The notes: generated by a model not told the origin, from the letters alone. A stretch of DNA of 60,657 nt, filler included, from Nemertoderma westbladi (GCA_032718475.1; 3 parts of 3 records of this genome joined end to end with filler, not necessarily neighbours in it); one strand, 5' to 3'; counted from the first letter of the whole stretch, positions 48,418-60,657 are shown. Translations and numbers: made by a program.

Positions 48418-49158
48418 TTAGCCTGTTCTGTTGACTTTAGTTTATTATTTTCGTTTGAATAACGTACCACTAGGCTACTGTAATCTGATTCAGACAATAT
48501 TTTACGATTATTAAATAGGCTTTATTCGGACACCTGTCACGCAATATGATCACATACAGTTAGTATCCTACACTGTATCCTACAGTTTATACTGTACTTA
48601 CTTTATATACAGTACAGTTAGGTCTTTCAACATACTTTCATTTGTTTTATTGTTTTTTTTTCGCGCATACAGTAGTGCAGTATATGTACAGTTACCTTCT
48701 CCAACGTACTCACATGTGTCTGGTAGTTATTTAAATATGTTTACAGAAATGTCTCTCTGAATTCGCAAAAATTGTAATAAAAAGGTGGATAACTACAGTA
48801 TTTATTAATAAATTTGCCTTTTTTCCAGGTAAGAATTCAATGGAAATAAGTCCAATAATTGAACCTTATACTTATAATCCCAATAACATATACAATAAAT
48901 TTAATTATACTCCACGCAGAGAGAATAAGGGGGGATATAATATAAAGCTATTTTAATTTGATGTATCTATTATACTATGTATATAGGCCCTACGGTACTA
49001 AAAAAAAACATTTTAATCCTAAATATTGACTTATTGTCTAATTCACTATTAACATTTTACAAAAGTATACATTTTTTTAAACAATAACTACTTTTATTAA
49101 ACAACCACTTTAACAAACTTTAACTTTTGAAGAAAGAGGAAGAGAGGCGGGGAATCTA

Positions 49159-49416
49159 AGAGTTATGAGGAAAGTAAAGGCGATAAAACTTTAAATTTCA
49201 TAGTGATGAGTGCAGACGTTTCGGGGTTGGACTGAAAGGGGGCCTACAAGAGTTTAAGAGGAATAGAAGGGAACTGTGTGTTGGGGGGTCTGACCTTCCT
49301 AATTAACAACGTTTCTTTTACATGGAGTTCAAAAGAATTTCTGAAACCGAAACGTTTGCAGACATCACTATGAAATTTAAAGTTTTATCCCTGGCCTTTA
49401 TTTTCCTCATAACTTT
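49159..49416 (-). mobile_element. Penelope-like element remnant with an inverted pseudo-LTR
   Basis: The - strand at 49340-49244 reads NSFELHVKETLLIRKVRPPNTQFPSIPLKLL*, like the end of a Penelope GIY-YIG domain. It is flanked by ~65-bp inverted repeats starting CCGAAACGT. Confidence 0.65.
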
Positions 49417-49461
49417 AACTTTTATTGTACTGTATATTTTAGATACAACCACCGCAAATAA

Positions 49462-49628
49462 TTCCACTCAGCCTTCCATCCCTTGGGGTCGATAAAATGT
49501 GGAACGGTTGAATTAATGGGAGCAAAAATTTGGATGGGAGTAGCGCCCACCCCTACCGTCGTGTAGCTACTATCGAAAGGGGATCCTTCGGGTCGCCTCC
49601 GGCTTCGGTCGACAGTTTCCATTTTTTT
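49462..49628 (+). mobile_element. 5'-truncated SINE (central domain plus 3' tail)
   Basis: ACTCAGCCTTCCATCCCTTGGGGTCGATAAAATG resembles, from memory, the conserved body of Meta/Sauria-type SINEs; followed by a structured tail GTAGCTACTATCGAAAGGGGATCCTTCGGGTCGCC. No tRNA head visible. Confidence 0.5.
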
Positions 49629-49869
49629 GAAAGAGGCCTACAACAATAATTTTTAATATTCATACATTTTGACCTACAGTACCTTCAGCTTCAATGCATT
49701 TACAGTAGCTATTCAAGTGTAATTAATTTGGTTACTTTCTACTAATCATCATCCTTGGGGTTGTCATATTTAGGAGGCAATTGTCCGGGGTCCGGGGGCT
49801 TACTGTCCTAACACTGATAAATTCATACCTTACTCAACGAATAAATACACAAAATTCAAAACTGATAAC

Positions 49870-50790
49870 CGGCATGCTCCAATGTGGCTTGCATTAAGGA
49901 GGCTTTGCCGTCTTATCAAAATGGCGCCCCAATGGCATTATTCACATCTTCAAGTACAATCAGTTTCCTTTAAGATGCATCTCAATAAAGTCATGGGCTG
50001 TCCACCATGCTTATTTTCTCCATGGGGCTTCCAAAGCACTAGATTTTGCACTGGCTGTTCGTCACGGCGAAAAGAATGTCCTGCAAAGCGGGGGCGGCTT
50101 TGTTCTAGTGTCAAGTTTGGGGGAACCAATGAGACACCTTCAATGTTATAAAGTGTCTGGTTGGAGATGTGTGCATTGTGCTTAACACAGTGAACTCGAC
50201 GAAGCATTATTCTGTATAAGTGCTATAGTTCTACTTATGCTCTAAATGATAGAACGTTACTTTTCCGACATGTATCACTTCCTAATCTCGGACAGCCCAT
50301 TCAGGTGCTGACAATGCCTTTCCCTTATGAATTCGAAGGTTTTCAACCTTACTTCCGTATCCATGATCCCATGTAATATATCGTAAGCCGTCCACATGCT
50401 CAAGTTTACCATCCTTTGAGCTTATGCTCACGCTTTAAGCTGTTTGTTCTAATAGCTGAGGAGCCGATGGCCTCTATGTAGTTATCCTGATAGTACTATG
50501 TTGTGGAACCTTCGTACAGTGTTCTGATACATACTGTAGCTGCAATAATTTCCTCAGGAATTCCATATGCTGCAAGTACTGTATGCTGAACATACGTGGT
50601 AGGGAGAACTGAATCGCAGTCCTTAATAAGTCAATAACGATATCAAGAAGATGTCTGTCTTTCTTCGTTGTTAACTCTTCAGTTACCCTTCTAAAAGCCG
50701 GAATCGGCTCCAAGGTAGACGTAGACATTAATCTTGTAGACACAAGTAGTCGAACCATTGATTGCTGCACTAATTTCCTTAGGTTTACCA
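49870..50790 (-). pseudogene. Old, heavily degraded RTE-clade LINE fragment
   Basis: MLRRV…HISNQTLY…RFAGHSFRRDEQPVQNLVLWKP matches the RTE C-terminus; upstream RT remnants are fragmented. Confidence 0.6.
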
Positions 50791-50804
50791 TAATACATAC
50801 ATAA

Positions 50805-53530
50805 TACTACTACTACTGTACTAGGTCGAGCAAACTCGGACAGTGGAAATGAGATCCTTCCAGGCTTCCCGATTCAGTTGTCGCAATTTCGTTTCTCCCA
50901 AGTTCAGTATCCCTTTCAAGTTGATCTATATATGTTACGGCCGGTCGTCCACGACTACGCTTTCCATGAGTTGGTTGTCAGTAAAGTAGATCTGGTATGA
51001 CCTCGTCTTTACTTCGCCAGCAGTGTCCACTGAATCTTAATCTGCGTTCACGGAGCCACGGAGGGTGGTTGATACAGGTGGTATTGTACCATAAAGGTCG
51101 GCGTTTGTCATGTGTTGTCTCCAGCTGATGATTAGGGCTGCCCTTAGTAGTCTTGTGTAGCAACCATCAATTCGTTGTTCAAGTGATTTAGTCAGTGTCC
51201 AGGTCTCACCCCCGTATAAAAATACACTTTCCACTGTGGCTCGAAAGAACTAAGTCTTCAGGTGCCTGGAGAGATCTGATTTCCAGATGGTATCCATTTT
51301 CGATAGAGCTACCCAAGCCTTTGCTTTCCTTCCACTGTGGCTCGAAAGAACTTAGTCTTCAGGTGCCTGGAGAGATCTGATTTCCAGATGGTATCCATTT
51401 TTGATAGAGCTATCCAAGCCTTTGCTTTCCTAACTTCTATGTCCTTTTTGCTACTCTCTATCCATGATCCAAGGTACTGGAAGTCGACAACCTTCCTTAG
51501 TTGATTATTATTAATGGTTGTCAAGCTTCCATCAACATTAAAGGTCATGAATTCGGTCTTGGTAGCATTTATATGCAATCCAACCTCCTTAGCAGCCCTC
51601 TCCACTTTATTTAGTAGAAGCTGTGCATCTGCTAGTGTATTAGAGAGCAGGGCGATGTCATCCGCAAAGTCGGTGTCTGTGACTGTAGTTGCCGGATATC
51701 TACTACTTTTGCGTTCTTGAAGTGTGAATCCCTGGTCTTCACCCTTTGTGGCTGTCCTCATTGCGTAATCCAGCACAATTACAAATAGTAATGGTGCTAA
51801 TGTGTCACCTTGCAGTACCCCAGCCAGGATTGAGAAAAACTCAGTTTTACCATCTGGTGAGAGTACCTGCGCTTCTGTGTCACAATATAACAATCCAATG
51901 CCAGCAACAATTACTTCTGGTATTCCATAATCTCTTAGGATTTCAAGCATTTTGCCTCTATGGATGGAGTCGAATGCCTTCTTGAAGTCCACAAAAGTCA
52001 TCACTGCGGGGAGATTCTTCGACTTAATTCCTTCAATCAGTCTCCGTAGTGCAAGTATCTGAGCTATTGTTGATCTACTTGGTCGAAATCCGTTTTGGCT
52101 CTTACGCAGTAGTTTCTTTATGTGAGGCCTAATCCTATATAGAATCATTTTATTGTATATTTTGGCAGCTACCACAAGCAGACAGATCCCACGATAATTT
52201 GTTGGTATACCGAGGTCTCCTTTCTTGGAGAGAGGCTTTAGTTGACCTTTAGTCCAAATTGGTGGTGGCTTTTCCCCTTTTAACATCCGGTTGCAAACAT
52301 TCAATAATGGTCTGTTTAGCACTCCTGTTTTCATTAGCTCCGCTGGGATTTCATCTATTCCACTCGCTTTATTATTGGACATGCTTTTAATGCTTCTTTG
52401 GAGTTCGGCAGGTGTGAAGTCCCCTGTTTCTATAGGTAGTGTCTTGTCATATATTTTCCTTGTAAGGCTGACCTCGATGTTTGGTGGCTGCCCAAGCAAG
52501 TTGCTGAAGGACTATCGGCTTTGAGGCGCCCCTTTGCACAACTTTTCCGACCAGATACCTCATTTACAGTTTGCCAGGTAAGTCTTGATTGTTGCTGTAT
52601 GTGAGCAGTTGTAATTGCTTCAATTTTATCCTGTATGTACTTTTCCTAGCTCATGTTGTAGGCCCATTTAAGATCGTCCTTAGCTTTCTCAACCTTGTTA
52701 ATGTTTTCTGTTGTTGGTTGTTCGGTTTTAAATTTGTAGGCTATCTTAATATCTTCTCTCTTACAAGTAACCTCAGAGTTTTGCCATGGCACATATTGTT
52801 TTCGTTTGGGTTTCTGGGGGATATGCCTCTTAGCTGATTCCTTGTGGGTTGTTATTATATTCTATTATATTGAATCGGTGGACTGGTCTTAATCCATTGA
52901 CTGAAGTGCTTCAAAGCGGTTTTAAACTTCTACTGCGTAAGCATCCTTTACTGCATTGTCAGTTCTGAGTTTCTCCCAGTCATAGTTGATTTGCTTGCTT
53001 GTCCTGGGTTTGCTGGCTCTCAAACTGAGTCTGATCTCTGCAGTCACAATTCTGTGGTCCGAACCAATTAGGTTGAACGAGCTGTATGCCTCGCAGTTGA
53101 TCATGCTGTTTCTCTACTTTTTGTTTATAAGGATGTAATCCAGTTGTGCTTTGGTTCCATTAGGACATTGAAAGGTCCATAGCTTCCCCTTACTCTTTTC
53201 GAATGTGTTGTTTGTTGGTATCAATTCACATTCTTCCATTAGGTCTAAAAGTAAGTACCCATTTCTGTTACATAGAACTGGTGTTATAGGTGAAACCCTT
53301 GATGTCTTCTGGGCCAATTTGCGCATTCAGGTCACCAGCAATGACTTTAACATTGTGTTTCGGAATGTCCTTTATAAGTCCAGTCAGATCTTCATAAAAC
53401 TTGACTGTTGGACTGTAGCAACATATAACTGTTGTCTTGGGATTCCCATCAAATGTTGCGATCATAACCCTGGAATTTATAGATTCGAAGTTGTTTAGGG
53501 TCTTAAGTGCAATTGGGCTTAGCAGAATTC
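50805..53530 (-). mobile_element. RTE-clade LINE, 5'-truncated within the AP endonuclease and frameshifted
   Basis: Endonuclease fragments (CYSPT, AGDLNAQIG, QLDYIL, GSDHRIV), RT ORF 52499-51309 (FVDFKKAFDS, GVLQGDTLAP, DFADD, YLGS), C-terminal LRFSGHCWRS and a (TAG)n tail near 50805. A 101-bp tandem duplication at 51230-51431 breaks the frame. Confidence 0.9.
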
Positions 53531-53800
53531 ATTTAATTATATCATTAAATTCATCATACACAATAAATAAACTCAATTAAACTGTAATTATACAATTAAA
53601 AGTAATGCGCGATAAATAAATGCGCCTAATGATGCAGCCAAGTCAATTCCAGACTTCTTCCTTGACCTGGTTGTAAAAAGAACAGGCATCATTTCCTGCC
53701 TTAATGTGCCTAAAAGATTCTCCAATTTATTAATACATTGGGCTTATTTTGTTTTTAAATAGATGATGAACTGTTAGTTACAAAGAAAGCTCCAGTGGAA

Positions 53801-54922
53801 ATGTGGAAATTGTTATTATTAGCAACGTTTGTTGTCGTTGGATACTGTTTAAATTGCCGCCATGCGATGAATCATTTTCAAGGAGATGTAGTTGTTTTAG
53901 AAGGATGCCGACTTTGCACTGTAAGATAATACTACAGCGCTACAGGGTGTGTATGTATGTACAGTATGTAGTTCTACAGTATTATTAGTTTATGTCCGTA
54001 GCATGTAGGCCTGTAGCACGTTCTAGCGTTAATGTCATAACTAAGGAGCAAGGCGGTGTGCCAATATTGAACCAACTGCAGCCCAATGTTATATTTTCGT
54101 ACTACCATGAGGGACCCCTTGATGTTACATTAAATTCACACCCCCTACAGACCCATTTCTCTCAGAGGACCTCTATTACGTGAATTATAACTGACTCCAG
54201 TTTATGTATAATTTTAAACAGTCAGTCAATGATTATTAGGTTTCTTGATTATTTATTTATTTAGTTAGTTATTTATTTTTGACATAGGCCTATTACGTCC
54301 CCATCATAGACGCATCCTATAAATTTATAAATAATTTTATCGTAGGCCTACAGTAATAAATTTTCTTTGCAGTTGGTAACATTTTTTCAGCATAATTTGT
54401 TTCTGGGTGCTCCTACTCTTCTTATTAATTGGTTATTAAGATATGATGAATTATACAGTATTATAATTATTATAGTTTCAGTTAAGTTTAAAGCCCTTAG
54501 TTATTGCAACGGAACGACTCTTCTACCTAAAAAGCAAGTGTAACCTACTGTACTATAGACATTGTAACTACTGTATTGTATGCTAATATTCAATCTTCAT
54601 TTTAAAATGGTTATATGAATGTGTCAAATTTGGCTTCCTAATTTTTTTTCTCAAAAATGTAACTTTTTTGCATATTTGAGTTTAAATCCTTATTATTGTG
54701 GGTTCGATTACAAAATTAATTATAATAGGCCAATTCTTATTTCAGAATATAACAGTAGAAAATGAAACAAGCCCATGGTGTTTCCCAGATGACCTTACGG
54801 TCACGCTACCACCAGATATTGATTGGAGAAATTGCGATGATATGAGACGATTCGGTTGCTCTGAATTTCCTCCAAACCTTACTTGCAGCGTGAGTTGCTG
54901 CACCGAGGACCTCTGCAACTAA
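53801..54922 (+). CDS. Secreted Ly6/uPAR (three-finger)-like protein, 2 coding exons (53801-53920, 54746-54922), 98 aa
   Basis: MWKLLLLATFVVVGYC-LNC…GCRLCT|GTAAGA joins in phase 0 to TTTCAG|NITVENETSPWC…TCSVSCCTEDLCN*. Signal peptide, 10 Cys in the predicted mature chain, terminal CCxxDLCN motif. Confidence 0.82.
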
Positions 54923-55244
54923 ATATAACATTTTAAATAATGAATATGGCTATGTTACCGGTACAGTACTACTTGTTTTAGGTGGTGGATTTATTTTTAA
55001 ACGCAGCCAGAAGTATAAAACAATGTATTACACAGTAGGCCTACTTGGTTTTGTGTGTAGTGTGCACTCCGGCAGAAGCCTCAACCATCCCATATACCCC
55101 CCCCCCCCCCCCAAATTAATAACATTCTTCTTAAACCCGTTGATATTTATTAATGATACCTAATAAATAATGTTGTTGCCCTACTGTATTTCCAATTTAT
55201 CACAGTATTTAAAGCAGGTGCATTTTCTGTGTGATTGGACTTTA

Positions 55245-57852
55245 TAGGTATGAGTGGACTATATGCATGTTAATGGACTATATAGCGTTTGAGTAGACTA
55301 TATCAGTTGCCTATATTGAGTGAACTATATTGCCTTTGCGTAGAATATATAGCGTGTGAGTGGAGTATATAGCGTGTGAGTGAACTTTATAGGTATGAGT
55401 GGACTCTATGAGTGGACTATATTGCTTGTGAGTGGACTATATAGCGTGTGAGTGGACTATATAGCGTGTGAGTACACTATATAGTGTGTGAGTGGACTAT
55501 ATAGCGTCTGAGTGGACTATATTGTGTGTGAGTGAACTATATAGAGTGTGAGTGAACTTTATAGGTATGAGTGGACTGTATGAGTGGACTATATTGCTTG
55601 TGAGTGGACTATATAGCGTCTGAGTGGACTATATAGCGTGTGAGTGGACTATATAGCGTGTGAGTGGACTATATAGCGTGTGAGTAGACTATATTGTGTG
55701 TGAGTGAACTATATAGAGTGTGAGTGAACTTTATAGGTATGAGTGGACTGTATGAGTGGACTATATTGCTTGTGAGTGGACTATATAGCGTGTGAGTGGA
55801 CTATATAGCGTGTGAGTAGACTATATAGTGTGTGAGTGGACTATATAGCGTCTGAGTGGACTATATAGCGTGTGAGTGGACTATATAGCGTGTGAGTGGA
55901 CTACATAGCGTGTGAGTAGACTATATTGTGTGTGAGTGGACTATATAGCGTGTGAGTGGACTATATAGCGTGTGAGTAGACTATATAGTGTGTGAGTGGA
56001 CTTTATAGGTATGAGTGGACTGTATGAGTGGACTATATTGCTTGTGAGTGGACTATATAGCGTGTGAGTGGACTATATAGCGTGTGAGTACACTATATAG
56101 TGTGTGAGTGGACTATATATCGTCTGAGTGGACTATATAGCGTGTGCGTGGACTATATAGCGTGTGAGTGGACTATATAGCGTGTGAGTAGACTATATTG
56201 TGTGTGAGTGAACTATATAGAGTGTGAGTGAACTTTATAGGTATGAGTGGACTGTATGAGTGGACTATATTGCTTGTGAGTGGACTATATAGCGTGTGAG
56301 TGGACTATATAGCGTGTGAGTAGACTATATAGTGTGTGAGTGGACTATATAGCGTCTGAGTGGACTATATAGCGTGTGAGTGGACTATATAGCGTGTGAG
56401 TGGACTATATAGCGTGTGAGTAGACTATATTGTGTGTGAGTGGACTATATAGCGTGTGAGTGGACTATATAGCGTGTGAGTAGACTATATAGTGTGTGAG
56501 TGGACTATATAGCGTCTGAGTGTACTATATAGCGTGTGAGTGGACTATATAGCGTGTGAGTGGACTATATAGCGTGTGAGTAGACTATATTGTGTGTGAG
56601 TGGACTATATAGCGTGTGAGTGGACTATATAGCGTGTGAGTGGACTATATAGCGTGTGAGTAGACTATATAGTGTGTGAGTGGATTATATAGCTTGTGAG
56701 TGGACTATATATCGCGTGAGTGGACTATAGCGTGTGAGTGGACTATATAGTGTGTGAGTGGACTTTGTATGTATGAATAGACTATATAGCGCGTGAGTGG
56801 ACTATATAGCGCGTGAGTGGACTATATAGCGCGTGAGTGGACTATATAGCGCGTGAGTGGACTGTAGTGTGTGAGTGGACTATAGTATATAGTATGTGAG
56901 TGGACTATAGTATATAGTGTGTGAGTGGACTATAGTATATAGTGTGTGACTGGACTATATAGCGCGTGAGTGGACTATATAGTGTGTGAGTGGACTATAT
57001 AGCGTGTCAGTGGACTATATAATGTGTGAGTGAACTATATAGTGTGTGAGTGGACTATATAGCGTGTCAGTGGACTATATAATGTGTCAGTGCACTATAT
57101 AATGTGTGAGTGGACTATATAATGTGTGAGTGAACTATATAGTGTGTGAGTGGACTGTAGTGTGTGAGTGGATTATATAGCGTGTGAGTGGATTATATAG
57201 CGTGTGGGTGGACTAAATAGTGTGTGAGTGGACTATATAGCGCGTGAGTGGACTGTAGTGTGTGAGTGGACTATATAGCGTCTGAGTAGACTATATAGTA
57301 TAGAGTGTGAGTCGACTATTTAGTATGTGAGTCGACTATATAGAGTGTGAGTGAAATTTATAGGTATGAGTGGACTGTATGAGTGGACTATATTGCTTGT
57401 GAGTGGACTATATAGCGTGTGGGTGGACTAAATAGTGTGTGAGTGGACTATATAGCGTGTGGGTGGACTAAATAGTGTGTGAGTGGACTATATAGCGCGT
57501 GAGTGGACTGTAGTGTGTGAGTGGATTATATAGCGTGTGAGTGGATTATATAGCGTGTGGGTGGACTAAATAGTGTGTGAGTGGACTATATAGCGCGTGA
57601 GTGGACTGTAGTGTGTGAGTGGATTATATAGCGTGTGAGTGGATTATATAGCGTGTGGGTGGACTAAATAGTGTGTGAGTGGACTATATAGCGCGTGAGT
57701 GGACTGTAGTGTGTGAGTGGACTATATAGCGTGTGGGTGGACTAAATAGTGTGTGAGTGGACTATATAGCGCGTGAGTGGACTGTAGTGTGTGAGTGGAC
57801 TATAGTATATAGTGTGTGAGTGGACTATAGTATATAGTGTGTGAGTGGACTA
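55245..57852. repeat. 20-bp minisatellite GAGTGGACTATATAGCGTGT (~130 copies) with higher-order variant blocks
   Basis: Tandem array; the variant block ACTTTATAGGTATGAGTGGACTGTATGAGTGGACTATATTGCTT recurs several times. Confidence 0.97.
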
Positions 57853-58353
57853 TGTTAGCTTATTCAATCCCGCTAACTCAAACCCTAAAGTAAGCCGATA
57901 AGCAATATTGGGGGCCACGAAATTGGATAATCAATCACTCGTGTCACCCCAACAAAATGGGAAGGAGAAACACACAATGAGGGTCAGGGGCCAAACCCCT
58001 AACAGAGAGAGAACAGGTGGAGTGAACGGGAACACTCCAAAGGGCGCCAACAAGGGTATCAACCAATCAGAGGGGGGAAAGGCATCGATTAGGTAGAGTA
58101 ACAAGGCCAACCCGTGCAATATAGCCAGTTGGCAGTAATCATTTTACTCAGTTATCTCAGTATCATATTGGTGCTAGTTAGGTTAGTTAGTTTAGCTAGG
58201 GAAGGACCGGGACTTTAATTACCGTTTCCCGCCTTCCGTGTACGACATCATATCACATATACCTATATCTATATCTTATACCTGAACATTATACGCGACA
58301 AACAACGTAAACCCTTTCACTCTTCACACACGGCGGGGACGCGTGAATTAACA
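57853..58353 (+). mobile_element. Probable 5' LTR of a second LTR retrotransposon
   Basis: The satellite stops abruptly at TGTTAG; a matching TTAACA occurs at 58348-58353, upstream of a long Gag-like ORF. The second LTR is outside the window. Confidence 0.45.
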
Positions 58354-58521
58354 AACCGGATAAACCGGGATCCTCCCTGGATCCCGTCACAGTAATTAAA
58401 TCAGAGCTGCTGCCCTAGTTAAACTCAGTAATTAAACCCGTCGGTGGCACAGTAATTGAACTCAGAGCTGCCGACCTAGCTAGCTACCAGTGACTACCAG
58501 CCACCAATCTATGCGAGTGAG

Positions 58522-60657
58522 ATGAGTCAGTCGGGAGAGACGACGCCGACGCGGACCCCGGACGAAGAACTAACGATCCGCGAGGCCGCAACCAGGCGGT
58601 ACAGGCCCACAACGCCGGACCCATCGGTAACGGGTCATCCGGCAGTTCAGGATGAGGGGGGCCGCCTGGAACCCGAGGTCGAGCCGAGAGAAGGAGAGAG
58701 CGAGACGGAGGGAGAAGGAGACGAGTCGACACGGGACGTGGGTCGACGTACTGATGTCGCCGGCCAGCCACAGGCCGAGGGCGACGAGTGGCCCACCGAA
58801 ACGGCGACGGTGGGGCCGACGGTACGACGCCGGACCCGGAGAGACGGAGGAGATGTCGGTACCGATGTCGCCGGCCAGCTACAGGCCGAGGGCGACGAAC
58901 GGCCCACCGAAACGGCGACGGTGGGGCCGCCGGTACGACGTCGGACCCCCCGGAGAGACGGAAGAGAGGTCGGCGACGAGGACGTCGGGGTTTCTGATCG
59001 ACTTCGACGGGCCTACAACGCGACCCAGAAACTGCTAAAGGAGGCCAAAGAGGGGGCGAAGATAGACGAGGTGAGACTGAGGAAACGACTAGGTGAGTCG
59101 AATAGACACTTTAATTATCTAATGCGCTTCGGGCAAAGAGAACTGGCCAAGGAGAGAGCGAGAGGGGTTGCCGAGGAACTGTATGACTTATGGCGGTGTA
59201 GGGGTATGGAACCTAGCGTAGTGTACGTAGGGCCATACTTAGTCGATGCCCGGGGACTAAAATTAGTGGGTTGGGAGAGACCTGAGGAGGGCGAATCCGA
59301 GGTTAACCCCGAGGATTCGGCCTCGTCGGTCGGAGGAAGTTCCGGGAGGCGGGGGAAAGTCAGTAGGTCGGGAAGGCGGAGGGAATCCGTCGTAACCGAT
59401 AAGTCTGCTACATCCTCCGCGAAAGGAAGACGGGTGAGAGAGATAAATGCCACGTACCATCTCGATTTGATAGAGCAAGGTCAAAGGGAAGTAGGTAGAC
59501 GGTTAGAGGAGGGGAGAGTGCTGCTAGAGAGGGAAATGGCGTTGATTAAAGAAACCGGAGAGAGGGCCGAAAGGGCCGCGAGAAGCCTTAGGGAGTGTGA
59601 GGAAGCAGGGAGGAAGGAACAAGAAGAGCGTGAGGCGGAACGTAAGGAACGTGTAGCGAGAGAGGAAAGCGAACGCAGGGAACGTGAGGCGAGAGAGGAA
59701 AACGAGTGCAAAGAACGCGAGGCGAGAGAGGAAAACGAACGCAGAGAGCGTGAGGCGAGACGAAGGGAGGGGGCTAGAAGAGAGTTGGAATTGGCCGAGC
59801 GGGACGCACGGGAGTGTAGGGAGAGAATGGCAAGAAAGGAGTATGAGCGAGAAGAGCTAGAGAAACGTCAAGGTGAGCTTACAGGGTACAAAGCTATACA
59901 TACGCGCGAACGGGAACTGGCGCGAATAGGGGCGTCTGAGAGTGGGGCAGCTCGAGTATTTTCGAGGAGCCAGGGGCTGTGGATACATTTATTAATACCC
60001 CACTTACAGGGACCGCACGACAGACCCAAGACTGGTGTGACCGTACGGGCGGGGGGGGGGGGGGGGGGGTAATAATAATGCTACAGTAGACGTCGTTAAT
60101 ATTAATAGTACCGTATTGGATAACCCTAATCCCTTTATTGCAGCAAATAATACTTTACCTAGTAGCAGTAATTTAAATTTAAATACAAATAATAATTTCA
60201 ATTTGAACGTGCAAAATAATCCGAATAATAATTTAAATTTAGAAAATAATAATAATTCAAATAATTTAAGTAATGATCCAAGCCCGAATTTACAAAATAA
60301 TTCAAATGATTTTGTTTCAAACGAACAAATTAATTCCGTTTCCAATATGGGTGCTATTAACGTGAACACGTCGGGCGTGTATGGCCAGGCAGAAGGGGGC
60401 CTGGTAGGCCACGTAGTTGGTAGGCAGGGAGTGGCTGGGTTGGGTAGACCCAGCGAGGGCCTGGTAGGCCACGTAGTTGGTAGGCCGGAGCAGGCGGGGT
60501 TGAGCCAACCCAGAGAGGGCCTGGTAGGCCACGTAATTGGTAGGCAGGGAGTGGCTGGGTTGGGTAGACCCAGCGAGGGCCTGGTAGGCCACGTAGTTGG
60601 TAGGCAGGGAGTAGAGGGCCTGGTAGGCCACGCAATAGCAGAGGGACAGGCGGGGGT
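58522..60657 (+). CDS. Gag-like N-terminal region of a probable BEL/Pao element; frameshifted near the G-run at 60051-60069, runs off the window
   Basis: 516-aa ORF with VNPEDSASSVG followed by Ser/Arg-rich and Glu/Arg coiled-coil stretches, a layout typical of BEL gag N-termini. Another frame stays open from 60068 to the end (Asn-rich, then 20-aa repeats). No diagnostic catalytic domain in the window. Confidence 0.55.
60396..60632. repeat. 60-bp tandem repeat (GGGCCTGGTAGGCCACGTAGTTGGTAGGC…), ~4 copies
   Basis: Encodes GLVGHVVGRQGVAGLGRPSE-type units in the open + frame. Confidence 0.85.

Noticed and set aside
11455-54922. Innate-immunity gene cluster (ankyrin, IRF, FReP, Ly6)
   Set aside because: The genes lie on three segments joined by artificial linkers; only ankyrin and IRF are demonstrably linked. 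Segment ends fall 100 nt from the IRF acceptor and 93 nt from the FReP stop, so the junctions may reflect data processing.

Overview
AT-rich, repeat-dense metazoan genomic DNA (spliced genes, invertebrate-like; species not determinable here). It consists of three segments joined by identical artificial 100-bp linkers (N44-TTAATTAATTAA-N44 at 23830-23929 and 47876-47975), so adjacency across the linkers is unproven. Four host genes can be read by hand: a 3-exon ankyrin-repeat gene (- strand, 454 aa), the large terminal exon of an interferon-regulatory-factor-like gene (- strand, IAD domain), a 2-exon secreted fibrinogen-related protein (+, 294 aa) and a 2-exon secreted Ly6/three-finger protein (+, 98 aa) that the ORF track misses. 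Most of the rest is mobile or tandem DNA. The largest element is a 16.2-kb BEL/Pao LTR retrotransposon with ~99% identical LTRs and a 5-bp TSD. It lacks RT, RNase H and integrase, carries a decayed extra 3' ORF, contains a nested LINE with an intact RT ORF, and sits between the probable TATA box and the ATG of the fibrinogen-related gene. Also present are Gypsy, RTE, RTE-X-like, Penelope and SINE remnants, a deleted P-superfamily transposon, several MITEs, a Helentron/HINE-like element carrying CTCF-like motifs, and several minisatellites. The most notable cross-cutting pattern is a set of short scars at TA dinucleotides (TACAGTA/TACTGTA, TACCGGTA, TAGGCCTA). Paired-copy comparisons show these are insertions, consistent with DNA-transposon excision footprints, and a 3-kb satellite appears to be built from the same motif. 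All calls come from visual motif recognition and manual translation; no database searches were run.
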